Assembly (NCBI GenBank): GCA_951406725.2
Contig: OX597820.1
Location: 25,544,001-25,608,000 of the forward strand
Length of the DNA stretch: 64,000 nucleotides
Direction: 5' to 3'
DNA from: Octopus vulgaris
Lineage: Eukaryota
The notes under the pieces were generated by a model. The model was not told the origin of the DNA. It ran no database searches and worked only from the letters and a program-made list of their open reading frames with translations. The position numbers and the translations under genes are program-made. Of the stretch, positions 28,440 through 42,200 are shown in pieces (the stretch's first letter is position 1; every line of letters begins with the position of its first letter).

Positions 28440-28820
28440 TTTTTACTTGTTTCAATCATCAGATTATGGCCATGCTGGAGCATGATCTTGAAGAGTTTTT
28501 AGTCAAATAAATCAACCTCAGTACTTCTTTTTAAAGCCTGGTACTTATTCTATCAGTCTCTTTTGCTGAACTGCTAAGTTACAGAGGCATAAACAAACCA
28601 ACACCGGTTGTCAAGTAGTGGTAGGGAACAAAGTTAGACACAAAGACACACACACATATATTGACGGGCTTCTTTTAGTTTCCATCTACCAAATCCACTC
28701 ACAAAGCTTTGGTCAGCCCAAGGTTATAGTAAAAGACATTTGCTCAGGGTGTCATGCAGTGGGACTGAACTCTGAACCATGTCACTGGGAAGCAAACTTC
28801 TTACCACACAGCCATGCCTG
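28440..28820 (-). mobile_element. SINE family B, diverged
   Basis: Homologous to the reverse complement of 13830-14272. Confidence 0.8.
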
Positions 28821-29633
28821 AATAAAAAATATGCGATGGTCATGGCTGGAACACCTTTGGTTATCAGTCAGGGCTAGGTAGGGCTAAACAGTAATCAAAA
28901 CATTATATGGCAGATTTTTGAGTCACATCTTGATTTTAGGTGTGTCATATTTATTGTTCATTTTGATGTTTATTACAGAACTAGGGTATTGGATCAGCAG
29001 AAACGTTGGAGTATCAGGCAAAATGCCTTGTGGTGTTTGTTCCAATTCTTGATGTTTTGAGTTCAAATCTTACTGAGATGTTCTATGCTTTTCTTTATAA
29101 TGAAAGAAAGATAGACATATTGCAGAGTCAAACCACCCACTAAATGTTATTGTATTTCTTCTTTTTTATCTGCCTTTACTTGTTTCAGTCATGGGACTAC
29201 AGCTATGTTGGGGCACCATTTTGAAGGGTTTAGTTGAACAAATTGACCCCAATGCTTTTTTGTGTGTGTGTGTGTGTATTATATTCTATCAATTTGTTTT
29301 GCCAAACTGCTAAGTTACAGTCGCATAAATCAATACAAGCCGTCAAGCAGTGGTGTTGGACAACCACACATGCACACACACACACTCAAACACATATATA
29401 TGTATATATACATGATGGGCTTCCACATAGTTACCGTCAACCAAATTTACTTACAAGACATTAGTTGACCTGGAGTATTGTAGGAGACACCACCGCTAAG
29501 TACCACACAGTAGGATTGAACCCAAAACCATGTGATTGCAAAGTGTGCCCCCCCACCCCACCCAAAAAAAAAAGTAGATCTTATTCAGATTCCTATGTTT
29601 CCAACAACAGAGATTGCATTTTCACCAGAAAGA

Positions 29634-29872
29634 CATCATCATCATCATCATCATTTAACGTCCGTTTTCCATGCTAGCATGGGTTGGACAGTTTTGACTG
29701 AGGGCTGGCAACCAGATGGCTGAACTAGGCTCCAGTCTTGATCTGGCAGAGTTTCTAAAGCTGGATGCCCTTCCTAATGCCAACCACTCCGAGAGTGTAG
29801 TGGGTGCTTTTTACGTGCCACCTGCACGGGGGCCAGTTAGGCAGTACTGGCAATGACCTCGCTCGAATCTTT
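29634..29872 (-). mobile_element. (GAT)n-tailed RTE-associated short repeat (family D)
   Basis: catcatttaacgtccgttttccatgctagcatgggttggac...ggatgcccttcctaatgccaaccac recurs near 32905, 51055, 53170-53525 (opposite strand), 54397 and 58070; it is contiguous with the RTE 3' end at 54397-54960. Confidence 0.75.
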
Positions 29873-30622
29873 CTCTGCAAAATTTTAATTTGCCTTTGTT
29901 TTTTGTCTCAAATTTTTTTAAGCACTTTTAAAAAATTTTTTGGGAATCCCTTATTTAAAATTACAAAGACCGTGATTCTGAAAAAGAATTTTTTTTTTTC
30001 AAAATTACAATTTTTTTTTTAATGCACTTCCTTGCTCCATCTCTTTCTCTTGGGCTTCCAGAATATCTACATATCAACTTATTCTTGAATTGTGTTGAAT
30101 AGCAATTACAAGTATGCTTTGCAATAGCATTATCTGTAAACATTGTCTACAGACATTCATTGTACTGTTTATTATAATAATTATCATTAAGGCGGCAATT
30201 AACAAAATCCTTAGAGCATTGGACTGAATGCTTCGTAGTTTTTGTTCTGTCTGCCTACCAAAGAATAAAGTACCGGTACTGGGTGGCAGATTGGCGGAAT
30301 TGTTCATGCATTTGGATGGTATGCCTTATGCTAGCTGTTCCAGCTGGGTACATTCTATATTTAAATCCCATCTTCCATCACTGGACCAAAAAAGAAAATA
30401 ATATTGAAAAAATAACAGTTACTCATTTGTTAGGATTTGCAACTGATAGATAAAATGGAAAAAGTTGTGGGTGGACGATATTCTTGGATTGTAGATTTAA
30501 TTTACCATTTGGTTTAACTGTTCAGCATTCAAACCGGCCAGAATATTCTACCTGTTTTATGTCCAATCTAACTAGATCAGGCCTCTCACACCTACCCTAC
30601 AATGTCACACTAAAAATAAACA

Positions 30623-31012
30623 GGGGTGGCTGTGTGGTAGGTAGCTTGCTTACCAACCACTTGGTTCTGGGATCAGTCCCACTGTGTGGCACCTTGGGAA
30701 AGTGTCTTCTACTATAGCCTCAGGCCGACCAAAGCCTTTTGAATGGATTTGGTACATGGAAACTGAAAGAAGCCCGTCGTATATATATATGTATGTATAT
30801 CTTTGTGTGTCTGTGTTTGTCCCCCTAACATTGCTTGACAACCGATGCTGGTGTGTTTACATCCCCATGACTTAGCGGTTCGGCAAGAAAGACCGATAGA
30901 ATAAATACTAGGCTTACAAAGAATAAGTCCTGGGGTCGATTTGCTCGACTAAAGGCGGTGCTCCAGCATGGCCGCAGTCAGATGACTGAAACAAATAAAA
31001 GAATAAAAGAAT
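30623..31012 (+). mobile_element. SINE family B
   Basis: High similarity to 13830-14272. Confidence 0.9.
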
Positions 31013-32139
31013 AGCTGCGTCATTGATATCTCAAAGCAACAAGATAATGTTTAATCAATTCAGAACAGTGTGAATAAATAAGGATTACATTTGACAAAGA
31101 AATCTGAACGCAAAAGGGTCAACATCCCTACCTAGCCCTTGGGTGCTTTTAACGAAATCCACTCTTCTACAAGTATTCAAACCAAGCCTCTGAAGACCCC
31201 ATATACTGTGGCACCACCTTAAATGGTTTTATCAATAAAACCAATCCTGATACTTATTTTAAGTTGGGTGTTGTCTCCGTTAGTCTCTTTTTACCAAATC
31301 ACTAAATTGTCAGCACTCAAATAAACTAACACACGTTGTGAAGTGATGACAGACAAAAAAAAAAAAAAACCCACCAGCACACACATATCCACATATATAC
31401 AAGGAGCTTTCATGCAGTTGCTGTTTTCCAAAATCACTCACAAGACATTGGTCGGGCTGGATCTATAGTAAAGGATACTTGCCCAAGTGGAATTGAACCT
31501 GAAACCATGTGGTTTCAGAGCAAACTTCTAAATCACACAACCATGCCTGTTATTTATTTTGTTACATCTTTCACACTATTTCTTCTGTACATGTGTTACC
31601 TCTAATATCTCTCACTACTATGCAAATGTCAAGACCATTTTCTTCTCTTTAATCTTTGCCACCCAGTAATTTTATGCCAGACATATGCCTCTTCTATGAA
31701 AAGAAACCTTGCCAGTGCCCTCCCATAGAGATATAACCTAATCTCCCTCAACAGTACCACAATATTTCATTTGCTACACTTATCAAGGAAAGAGACTTAT
31801 GTCTCAACCCCTTTAGTGATGACAACACACAACCTTCAAAATTGCTACAAATACTCGACCTTATCATGTGACTTCTTGCATACAACAGCATTATCAACTC
31901 TGTATCCCAAATAACAAGTTTCAGAGCTACAAAATACTTCAGCCCAGATCAGTTGTTGGCTTTCTGACAAGTTTAATCCTTTTGGCACCAAACCACTTGA
32001 AACTGCCCTTGATTCTGATACAAACTTCCTGTTTTAAAGGGATCTGAATTAAAAGCATTCAATCTAAATTTCGTGTTAGTTTATGTTCCAGACACCAACT
32101 AAACCCATGAACATTCAGATTATTCTTTCAAATTTAGTC

Positions 32140-32459
32140 TCTTTTTCTCTTTTACTTGTTTCAGTCATTTGACTGTGGGCATGCTGGAGCACCGCCTTTA
32201 GTCGAGCAAATCGATCCCAGGACTTATTTTTTGTAAGCTTAGTACTTATTCTGTCGGCCTCTTTTGCCAAACTGCTAAGTTACAGGGACGTAAACACACC
32301 AGCATCAGTTGTCAAGCGATGTTGAGGGGGACAAACATATACACACACATACAGCTCATTTGAGCACTACAATTCCAGTCTGTTATATATTTTGAGTGTT
32401 CTTGTCATGAGCGATCTCTAGATATAACCTTGTATTTTGTAATTCACACATACATACAT

Positions 32460-32502
<43 letters not shown>

Positions 32503-32662
32503 TATATATACAACGGGCTTCTTTCAGTTTCCATCTACCAAATCCACTCACAAGGCTTTGGTCGACCCGAGGCTATAGTAGAAGACACTTGCCCAAGGTG
32601 CCACACAGTGGGACTGAACCCGGAACCATGTAGTTCGTAAGCAAGCTACTTACCTCACAGCT
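32140..32662 (-). mobile_element. SINE family B with internal insertion
   Basis: Reverse complement of 30623-31012 with extra sequence at about 32353-32445. Confidence 0.85.
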
Positions 32663-33303
32663 CTGAGGTTTCAATAATGTATTTGTTTATATTTAGGATG
32701 ACATTGTAGGGTAGGTGTAAGAGGTTGGGTCAAGCCAGTTTTGAACATAAAAAAGGTAGAATATTTGGGTCAGACATAGCTGGTTTTAAAGCTAAAGGGT
32801 TAATAATGGCAAAGCCATTTTACAAAATACATCATTAATTTCGGAATTAATTGAAACAACATATATATATATATATTTATATACACACACACACATATAT
32901 ATATCATCATCATCTTCATTGTTTAACGTCCGCTTTCCATGTTAGCATGGGTTGGATGATTTGACTGAGGACAGGCGAACCAGATGGCTGCACCAGGCTC
33001 CAGTCTGATCTGGCAGAGTTTCTACAGCTGGATGCCCTTCCTAAAGCCAACTACTCCGAGAGTGCAGTGGGTGCATGAGGGCCAGTCAAGCAGTACTAGC
33101 AACAGCCATGCTCAAATGGTGTTTTTTCGCACCACCTGCAGAGGAGCCAGTGCAGCGGCACTGGCAACAACCTCGCTCGAATCTTTTTTCACGTGCCACC
33201 ACCACAAGTGTCAATAAGATGCTAGTAATGATCACACTCGAATGGTGCTTTTTATGTGCCACCGGCATAGAAGCCAGTTAGCTGCTCTGGCAACGATCAC
33301 ACT

Positions 33304-33347
<44 letters not shown>

Positions 33348-34095
33348 CATTTCTATTCCCTATTCTTTTAGGAGTGGGTAGCCACAACAAAATAAACACC
33401 AGGCATTCCATTCATTTCCCAGCTCAAAGAGGCAAGCCTCGTTCTATGCTTCGGTCAAGGCATAAAACACAACCACCAATTAATTTCAGAATTAATTAAA
33501 ACAAAAACAATGTATTTCAAAGGAAATAGGACAACAAACGTGTTAAGTGCAACTCGCATATCTGAGATAGTGTTACTGCAAAACACTTATATAAATAATC
33601 TAGATTGTTCAAGGTGGGACTGAACCAGGAATCATGTGGTTGGAAAGCAAATTTCTTACCACACAGCCACGCCTATAATTCATGGATGATGTCCTACTTT
33701 TTTCTCCTATAAATAATAATTTGTTTTGTTTTCTTCAGTTTTTTTTGTTTGTTTTTAAAGATGAATAAAAGCTGAGGGCTTTGTTACTTCTGGAAAACTT
33801 TAACTACTCCGTGATTTTGTGATGAAACTTTTATATCTTTTGCCATTAATACACAAAAATCTGTTTGTTACTATCTTTAGCTTAAAACAGATATGATGTG
33901 TTTGATGTTATCAATGCTAGATTTTATATTAATGCTTGCACACTATCTTTATACATACATACATACAAACATACATGTGTATGTGCATATTTGTATATCT
34001 ATATATACACATACATACTTATTTATATGCACATACACACACATGTTTATGTATATATGCATACATATATATATATGTATGTATTTGTGTATATA

Positions 34096-34152
<57 letters not shown>

Positions 34153-34165
34153 GTATGTATGCATG

Positions 34166-34201
<36 letters not shown>

Positions 34202-34216
34202 CATATGTATGTATGC

Positions 34217-34302
<86 letters not shown>

Positions 34303-35689
34303 TATGTATGGATATAGAAAGACATATACAACATATAGATATATATATATCATTTCTGTGCTGAAGAATTTCCCTCTTCCTCTTTATCTTTTTTTTTTTT
34401 CCTCTACTTTTTTTCTTCGCTTCATCTTCTTTAATCTAATGTAAAATTAAAGCTTTTGAAATGAAAATAATTTTCACAGTCTAGCTCCATCTCTGGAGAT
34501 GTGTTAGACACTGGACATGCTGTCTAGGTAATTTATGGTGCAGTATTCAGTTCAGCGACTCTTTGTTCTGAATTGTAATCTTGTTCAGGTCATGCTTAAT
34601 ATTGACATTCATTGCTCTGGGATGTATAAGTATCGATAATACACTGGCAATCATTCAATCATTTATATTGTTGTTTAGCCCCAGGTCAGCCATGATCAAG
34701 CAGACCTATGATCAAAGTTTTTCCAGCTGCAGCCATCCAATATTACATTCAGATAATGTATCCAAGATTATATTATCCAATGTGTTCATCCAATTATATT
34801 TGGCTTTTTTCTCTTTTTTTTTTCATGTTTTTACTTGTTTTAGAAGGGTTTTTGTTGTTGTTTTTTATTGTGAGACGTTGTGTGGTTGGAGGAGAATTTT
34901 TTTCCTGTTTAGCCGAGGATCCACATTCACAAGTGACTGTGCATGGCCTAGTGAATAGGACACTGCACTCACAATCACAAGATCGAGGTTTCGATTCCTG
35001 GATTGGGTGGCACTTTGTGTTCTTGAGCAAGACACTTTGTGTTCTTGAGCAAGACACTTCATTTCATGCTGCTCCATTTCACTCAGCTGTAAACGAGTAG
35101 CCCTACCACAGACTGGCATCCCATTTAAGAGTAACATTGTGACAGTGGTACTGATGGTGGTGGTGGTGGTGGTGGTGGTGGTGGTGGTGGTGGTAGTGGT
35201 GGTGGTGGTTCTATGGAAACCAAATAATTGAAACAAACTTGTATATATATCTATATATAGGTGTGAGAGAGTTGGTATATGAAAGCACGTGGTTGGATGT
35301 ATAAAAGACAAAATAGAATGAAAAAACTACAGAAGACTTGTGTTATGGTTAAAGAATATATTTAAACCGTTATGTCAGGAAAATGTTATAAAATTTTATG
35401 TAAAGTAACATTGTTTTTCGAGAAATAACCGGTCTCGTATTTTCTTTTCAAATTTCTCAAATTTCTTTACCGATATTGTGTCATCTCTTCACTATATATA
35501 TATATATGTGTGTAAGCAATGTTTTGAAACATGAATTTCATCACAATATATTTCAACAATGCAAAAATTTGATTCATTGAAGTAAATATCATTACAATTA
35601 ACACATCTTTTCCAAGTTAAAAATTTGTTTTTTTGGGTAACATAAAAATCTGGAGTTCTGGAGCTGATGAACTCTTTGAACACACTTTC

Positions 35690-36478
35690 AGCATTGGTTT
35701 GATTTTTTTAACTTTTTCTCTCGCAGAAAACCACCAAAGTGCTTGAAAAGGTGGTAGTGACTAGGAGAAAGGTCTGGGAAATAAGCTGGATAGGGAAGAA
35801 CTTTGTAGCCAAGTTCCCTCAAATTCTGAAGTATCATAAGTGAAATGTGTGGTTGAGCATTGTCATGAACAATGATTGGCCCTCTTCTGTTGACCAGTCT
35901 GGGACAGTGGAGTAGCAGTTTTCATTCTGGCAATTTCATGGCAATATTTTGCTACAGTAATGATTTTTCTGGGTTTTAAGAAGTTATAGTGGATGAGTCC
36001 ACTATAGCAGTCACCATAACCTACTTTTTGAAGAGCTCAGGTTTAGGGAAGGTTTTCGGTGCTTCACTTTGGTGCAACCTCTGCGAAATGTTTTTTATTA
36101 TTGTACACAATCCCCTTTTTATTACAAGTTACAATATGGTTGAGAAATTGCTCAGTCTGGTTACGGAGAAGAAGCGACAAGCAAATTTCATATCAGCACA
36201 TTTTCATTCAAATCATGTGGTACCCACATTTGTGAAGCTTTTCGATTTGAAGTTGAATAACAAAATTGCTCAAATATCACGCTTTGACAGTACCTTTTCA
36301 GATGACAGTAACAATAGTGAAAAAAATATCAATGTTAATTTATTGATGCATTTGAGCAAGTCTATGTCTGTATTATCGGACAATTGCAAAAAAAGTTTTT
36401 AAAAAATCCAAAAGTCTGCAAAAATCCAGTACAAATTCTTCATGGTTCAAAATGTTGCTTACTTTTTACTCAACCTAA
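35690..36478 (-). mobile_element. Decayed mariner transposase remnant
   Basis: Minus strand HDNAQPH (near 35855-35870) and LPYPAYFPDLSPS (YSPDLAP motif, near 35760-35800). Confidence 0.75.
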
Positions 36479-36488
36479 AATATATTTA

Positions 36489-36519
<31 letters not shown>

Positions 36520-37462
36520 GATACAAATAAGATGATTTTTTTTCAAACACAGACATGCCATTAGAACACCAGAAATAATGGGTAAATTGCCATAACAAAG
36601 CAGAAAAATTTGTCAACGGCCATGAGGCTAAAAAAAAAGTCATTTTATTTGTATCTTACAATACACATTTAGATACCTTAAGAAACAAATGTTGGTTTGT
36701 TCATATTTATGTGTGTGTGTGTATGTTTGTGACCCTTTGTCTTGGCATCATATGGTTGTTGTAAAATAATATCATTCATTTCCAATATTCTATGAAAACA
36801 TGTCTGGTCTTAGGGTTAGTGACAAGAAGGGCATCTAACCATAGAAAATCTGCCTGGAAAAGTATACTTTAAAACAATATCAACAATGTTGATGATGATG
36901 ATGATGATATTTGTATGTATGTATGCAACATATGGACGCGGATACACACACATACACATTTTCCACAACCTTCTGCAACAAAGGACCCTCTGTGTGGTTA
37001 CTCAACCTGTTAGAAATAACACCACAACCTACCCACCCACCCACCCAATCACACCCAAGCGTCTTAAAGACGGAAGGACACCCTGGATAATATACTCCTT
37101 GATATATTACACCCAAAAGAAAGACAAGATGGTCACAGCTGGAACACCTTTGATCATAGGTTTACCTAACTGGAGCAAAACAATGATAACAAAACCTCAA
37201 ACTACCATGGGAGTCCCTACACATTTGTACAGTGGGCTAGAAATAACAGCCAAATCTTCCTAAAACTTCATTTGTAGTTCACAAACAGGTTTTGGTTCTC
37301 AGTCATGGACACTCTGCTCCAATTATTATCTTTATTGTTGTTAGGTGAAGGCATAATTGTCACACAATCTCATTTCTCCCATATCAGTCTGAGGTTTTGT
37401 TGCCTTTGTAAAGAAATACTAAAGAAACACACAACATACACCTACATTCTCCCTTACCACAC

Positions 37463-37500
<38 letters not shown>

Positions 37501-37508
37501 TTTCTCTC

Positions 37509-37544
<36 letters not shown>

Positions 37545-37724
37545 GTAAATACGCACAAGCTCTCTCACAATCATAAATTAATGTGTTTTAATATGTTTCG
37601 GCTGCACATATATGTATGTGTGCATGTTTATATCTATAAGCATACACACACATATCATCAGTAAATCATAAATCTGAAAGAGAAATATATATGTGTGTGT
37701 GTGTTTGCGTGCATACATATATAA

Positions 37725-37763
<39 letters not shown>

Positions 37764-38003
37764 TATATACATACACATACATATATATACATATTACATA
37801 CATATATATATACATATATATACATACATATTTATACATACATCATATATGTGTGTGTGTGTCTGTATATACATATGTATATGTATGTATATATATATAT
37901 GTACATATATATAGAGAGAGAGACATGTATATACATATATATATGTATATATATACATATATATACATATACACACATACATATATATATATATATATGT
38001 GTG

Positions 38004-38065
<62 letters not shown>

Positions 38066-38945
38066 CATCCACATAAATGTCTTTAAAAGATACTGTAAGA
38101 GGAGAGGATGTGGGGGAGATGGAAGATGTGAGATGGAGATTGTAAAAGAAAATAAAAAGACAATACAATGTTGTCCTGTTTGGTTCATTAGCAAGGTTAT
38201 TAAGGTTCTTCTGCTCATTTCTATAATCCTGTTATCTCTTCATTAGGTAATGCAGCTATAATCTTGATGACTTCTCTTTTCATTGGCAATTCATCTCTTT
38301 TCTTCTTCACCTTCGTTTTCTTCTTCTTCATCACTTCCTTCTATTTTTTTTATCGTTTTCTTCATCTCTTTCTTCTTGTTTTCTTTTTCGTTTTTCTTTG
38401 TTGTTTTTTTCTTTTTCTTTTCCATGTCTTCTCTTTCGTTTCTTTCTCTTTCCCACTTTTCTTCCTTTTCTTTCCCCTTTTTTCCCTCGTTTTCTCCCCT
38501 TTCCTTCTTTTTTCTTCATCTTCCTCCTCTTCTTTCTCTTCTCCATACTTATATATTTTCTTTTTGTTTTTGTTGTCTTTGAACTCTTTTGTCTCGCATT
38601 TCTTCTTCTTCTTCTTCTTCTTCTTCTTCTTCTTCTTCTTCTTCTCTTTTTCTTCTTCCAACCAGACCAGAGCCTTCCAATCCACAGCACTAACTTAGTG
38701 TCACAGCATGTGTTCAATTGAATTGCTAATCAATAATTCCCCCCACCCCATTCATCAATAAATGTTGTCATTGTCGTTGTGGTTGTTGTTGTTGTTGTTA
38801 AGGGTATGTGTGGCATGTATGTATATGCAATTTTTTTGTCCTGTTATTTGTTACTTTTTCTTTTACAAACTCCATTTTTGTTTTTTGTTGTTTTTTTTTC
38901 TTTTTTGATTGCTCACTTTTATCTGTCTCTCATTATCTCTGATTT

Positions 38946-39460
38946 CACCACCACCACCACCACCACCATCATCATTATGATAATCATTATCACCAACACC
39001 ATCACCATTGCCATCACTGCTACCACCAATACCACCACCACCATCACCAATACCACCACCACAACCAATATCACCACAACCACTAATACCACTACCAACA
39101 CTACCACCACCATCACCAATACCACCACCACAACCAATAACGCCACCACCATTACCAACACCATCACCAATACTACCACCATCCCCGATACCACCACCAT
39201 CACCAATACCACCACCACAACCACTAACACCACCACTATTACTACTACCAACACCACCACTAATACCACAACCATCACCAATACCACTACCACAACCAAT
39301 AACACAACCACCACCACCACTAATACCACTACCATCATCAATACCACCACTACAGCCAGTAATACCACTACCACCACCACTGCCAATACGACCACCATCA
39401 CCAATACCACCGCCACTAATACCACTACCAACACCATCACCATCACCAATACCACCACCA
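38946..39460. repeat. Degenerate (ACC/AAT) trinucleotide repeat
   Basis: Reads as Thr/Asn-rich on + and poly-Val on -; no clear splice context. Confidence 0.9.
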
Positions 39461-40884
39461 GATTTCAGTGTTTTCTTTATCTTTTATCATTCATTCACTT
39501 GTTTTAATCATTTCTTGTTGAATCACCAATGTAAGAGGATGTAAACAAACCAACACCAGTCATCAAGTGGTGGTGGGTAGCAAACACAAAGACAATCACG
39601 CACACACACACACACGCGCGCACACATAAATATATGATGGACTTCCTTCAGTTTCCGTCTGCTTTTCCCGAGGTGCCACACAGTGACTTTGAACCCAGAA
39701 CCATGTGGTTGGAAAGCAAACCACTTACCACACAGCCACCCTTGTGTCTGTTTGTTTATTTTTAGAATGACATTGTAGGGTAGGTGAGAGAGGCCAGAGC
39801 AGGTTAGTTTGAACATAAAATAGGCAGGGTATTTGGGACCAGATATGGCTGGTTTAAACGCAAAAGGATTAAATTTCACCCTTTCATCATGTAAAGAGAG
39901 TAAGGCATTGGATAAGAGAGTAACACATAGGATAATGTAGTCCAAAAGAAGAACAGGGTAGTCAAGGCTGGAAAGTTTTAATCGTAAGTCTGTTGAGTCA
40001 GAGCTAACTTAGGGTTTAACAACAACAACAGCTGCACCACTACCATCACCACCACTGCCAACATCATCACCAGCATTATTGTTGTTGTTGTTATTGTTGA
40101 GTGAGAGAGCAGTGCATTCTATCAAAGTGAAACTGGGGTAAAATATACGAAGCCCAGTATACCCATCATGACTAGCCTCTGATAAGGGTACACCAGGCAC
40201 ATGCATCACAACCATATGTACGCGACATGGTGATCTCATATCAAGATAAGCAGTGCATGACCTTGCAGGTGGGTCCCAGTTAGAATTTTCTTCAGGTTGA
40301 GTAGCCCATCCTACTCAAAAGGTCCTTGAATGAGGGTTGTTTAAGGATGTTGAATGAACCACCCATGTTTCCAAAGGTGAATTATCCAAACCTCTAAGAA
40401 TTCCTCTCAATACATGGCAATGATGCTTCCCCACTACTTCTGCTCATGATCAGAGATGCACACGTCATCAGCCACTAAGGGTCGTGCTCAACTGGTTTAC
40501 ATCAAACAACTGACAAGCAGATCTGTGGTATTGTGCAGAATATATACCGTAGCCCATCTTTTATACCAAAACAAAGCAATGTACATGATAACACTCCCAA
40601 TCAGTTTAGATCAGAAGCCATGAGAGCCACTGCCTGTATTCATCTTTATATTCTGAATTCAAATTCCCCTGGGGTCCTCTTTGCTTTTCATCCTCTTGGG
40701 ATTGATACAATGAGTACCAGTCGAACACTGGGGTTGATGTGATCAACTTACTCCCTCCCCCGAAATTTCAGGTCTTGTGCCTATAGTAGGAAGGATTATT
40801 ATTGTTGTTGTTATTCATATGCATACAACAGATTAGACTGTTGGGAAAAAAAAAATTCCTAACATCAGGCTACAAAATATAACC

Positions 40885-41025
40885 TTAGATGCTAAAAACC
40901 CTCCTAAGTATCCTAGCTGTCCCTAATAACTCTGTTTTCTGGAGCTGTACTAAACTGGGTTTTATGCCTGTTTTCTCTATCCATCTGTTCAAATCTTTGG
41001 GGATAGTTCCTAATGCACTTCTAAC
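40885..41025 (-). mobile_element. 3' fragment of restriction-like-endonuclease LINE
   Basis: ALGTIPKDLNRWIEKTGIKPSLVQLQKTELLGTARILRRVF. Confidence 0.75.
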
Positions 41026-41107
41026 TACTGGGATTCGCCCTTGTGGCAAATAAATGAAATCATTATTATTATTATTATTATTAGAGTGCCATATTATGTG
41101 AAATTCA

Positions 41108-41150
41108 TTGAACAATATTTCGGCATCTAGCGTGCCTTCCACAGGTTCAA
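41108..41150 (-). ncRNA. Minimal hammerhead, CUGUGGA+A core variant
   Basis: Minus strand TTGAAC CTGTGGA A GGCA cgctaga TGCC GAAA TA TT GTTCAA; perfect 6-bp stem I and 4-bp stem II. Confidence 0.7.
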
Positions 41151-41302
41151 AATTACGTGTCAGTCTACTTCATTTTTTTGTTAAGACTATATAGGACCGA
41201 GATAACTCATCCATCATTCTATTTATTTGTGTATAACTTCTGGATGAGTTACCTTGGTCCTATATAGTCTTAACAAAAAATGAAGTAGACTGACATGTAA
41301 TT

Positions 41303-41345
41303 TTGAACCTGTGAAAGTCACGCTAGATGCCGAAATATCGTTCAA
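41303..41345 (+). ncRNA. Second, mutated copy of the same hammerhead variant
   Basis: TTGAAC CTGTGAA A GTCA cgctaga TGCC GAAA TA TC GTTCAA; G8>A and a stem II mismatch. Confidence 0.55.
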
Positions 41346-41449
41346 CAAATTTCACATGGTATGGCACTCTTCTATTTATTTGTGTATAACTTCTGGATGA
41401 GTTACCTCGGTCCTATATAGTCTTATTATTTTTATTATTATTATTTTTC

Positions 41450-42150
41450 AGTTGTCTTATTTTCATCACGTGCTTCACTGCACAACTGAGCACAGCTCTG
41501 TGTGCCTTGAGTATGTGCTGTGGTTTGTTGTGATGCTCTTATTTTTACTGTATTGAAAGTGTTTTACGTAGGATGTGTGCAGTGCCTAGTAGTGCTATTT
41601 TCTGTATGTTATGTATACTTGTTATTCCTAGTGTTTTTGTTATGTATTTGTCTGAACATTCTTTTTTATCATACCTAATGCGCCTACTATGATAGGAATT
41701 GTTTGTTTTTAGACTCTCCATTCGAGTTACCTCTATTTCCAGATCTTTGTATTTTGAAAGTTTCTCCATTTCTTTTAGAGAAACATTGTCATCTGTTGGT
41801 ATTGATTCATCGATTAGAAAGCATTTATTTTCTTGGTGATCTCTGACAACTATATCCGGCCTATTGGCCTTAATTTCTCTATCTGTGTGTATTGGCATAT
41901 CCCAGAGTATGGTTGCTTTTTCATTCTCTGTGACCTTTTCTGGTGTGTGCCTATAGCATCTTTTTTTTCTGTCGGTATTCCATAGTGTTGGCATAGCTTC
42001 TAGTGTATATAGGTCCTAACTCTGTTATGTCTGTGAATATATTCTTTCTTAGCCAGGACTGGGCAGCCAGAGACAATATCATTTATTGTTTCTTTTCCAT
42101 CTCCACATATTCTTGTATTTCTTTTCATTTGTTAATTTCTGGTGGGAAGG
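41450..42150 (-). mobile_element. R4/Dong-like LINE 3' fragment (restriction-like endonuclease)
   Basis: ENEKATILWDMPIHTDREIKANRPDIVV...EKLSKYKDL...IQKIALLGTAHILRKTL, with frameshifts. Confidence 0.85.
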
Positions 42151-42155
42151 CTTTG

Positions 42156-42200
<45 letters not shown>

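Larger units (their letters stand above)
41083..41425. mobile_element. Penelope pLTR-like array: inverted arm + 153-bp unit + partial direct repeat
   Basis: 41083-41213 is a near reverse complement of 41241-41370; 41371-41425 repeats 41218-41272; embedded in (TTA)n. Confidence 0.85.

Noticed and set aside
35425-35492. Possible hammerhead on the minus strand (GTGAAGA...GAGACCGGTT)
   Set aside because: Core is mutated and no stem I or II pairing is found, although the TA-flanked insert at 35270-35490 may be a related relic.
38779-39507. Mucin-like Thr/Asn-rich ORF
   Set aside because: Degenerate ACC/AAT microsatellite open in several frames; no credible splice sites and no place for it in the host protein.
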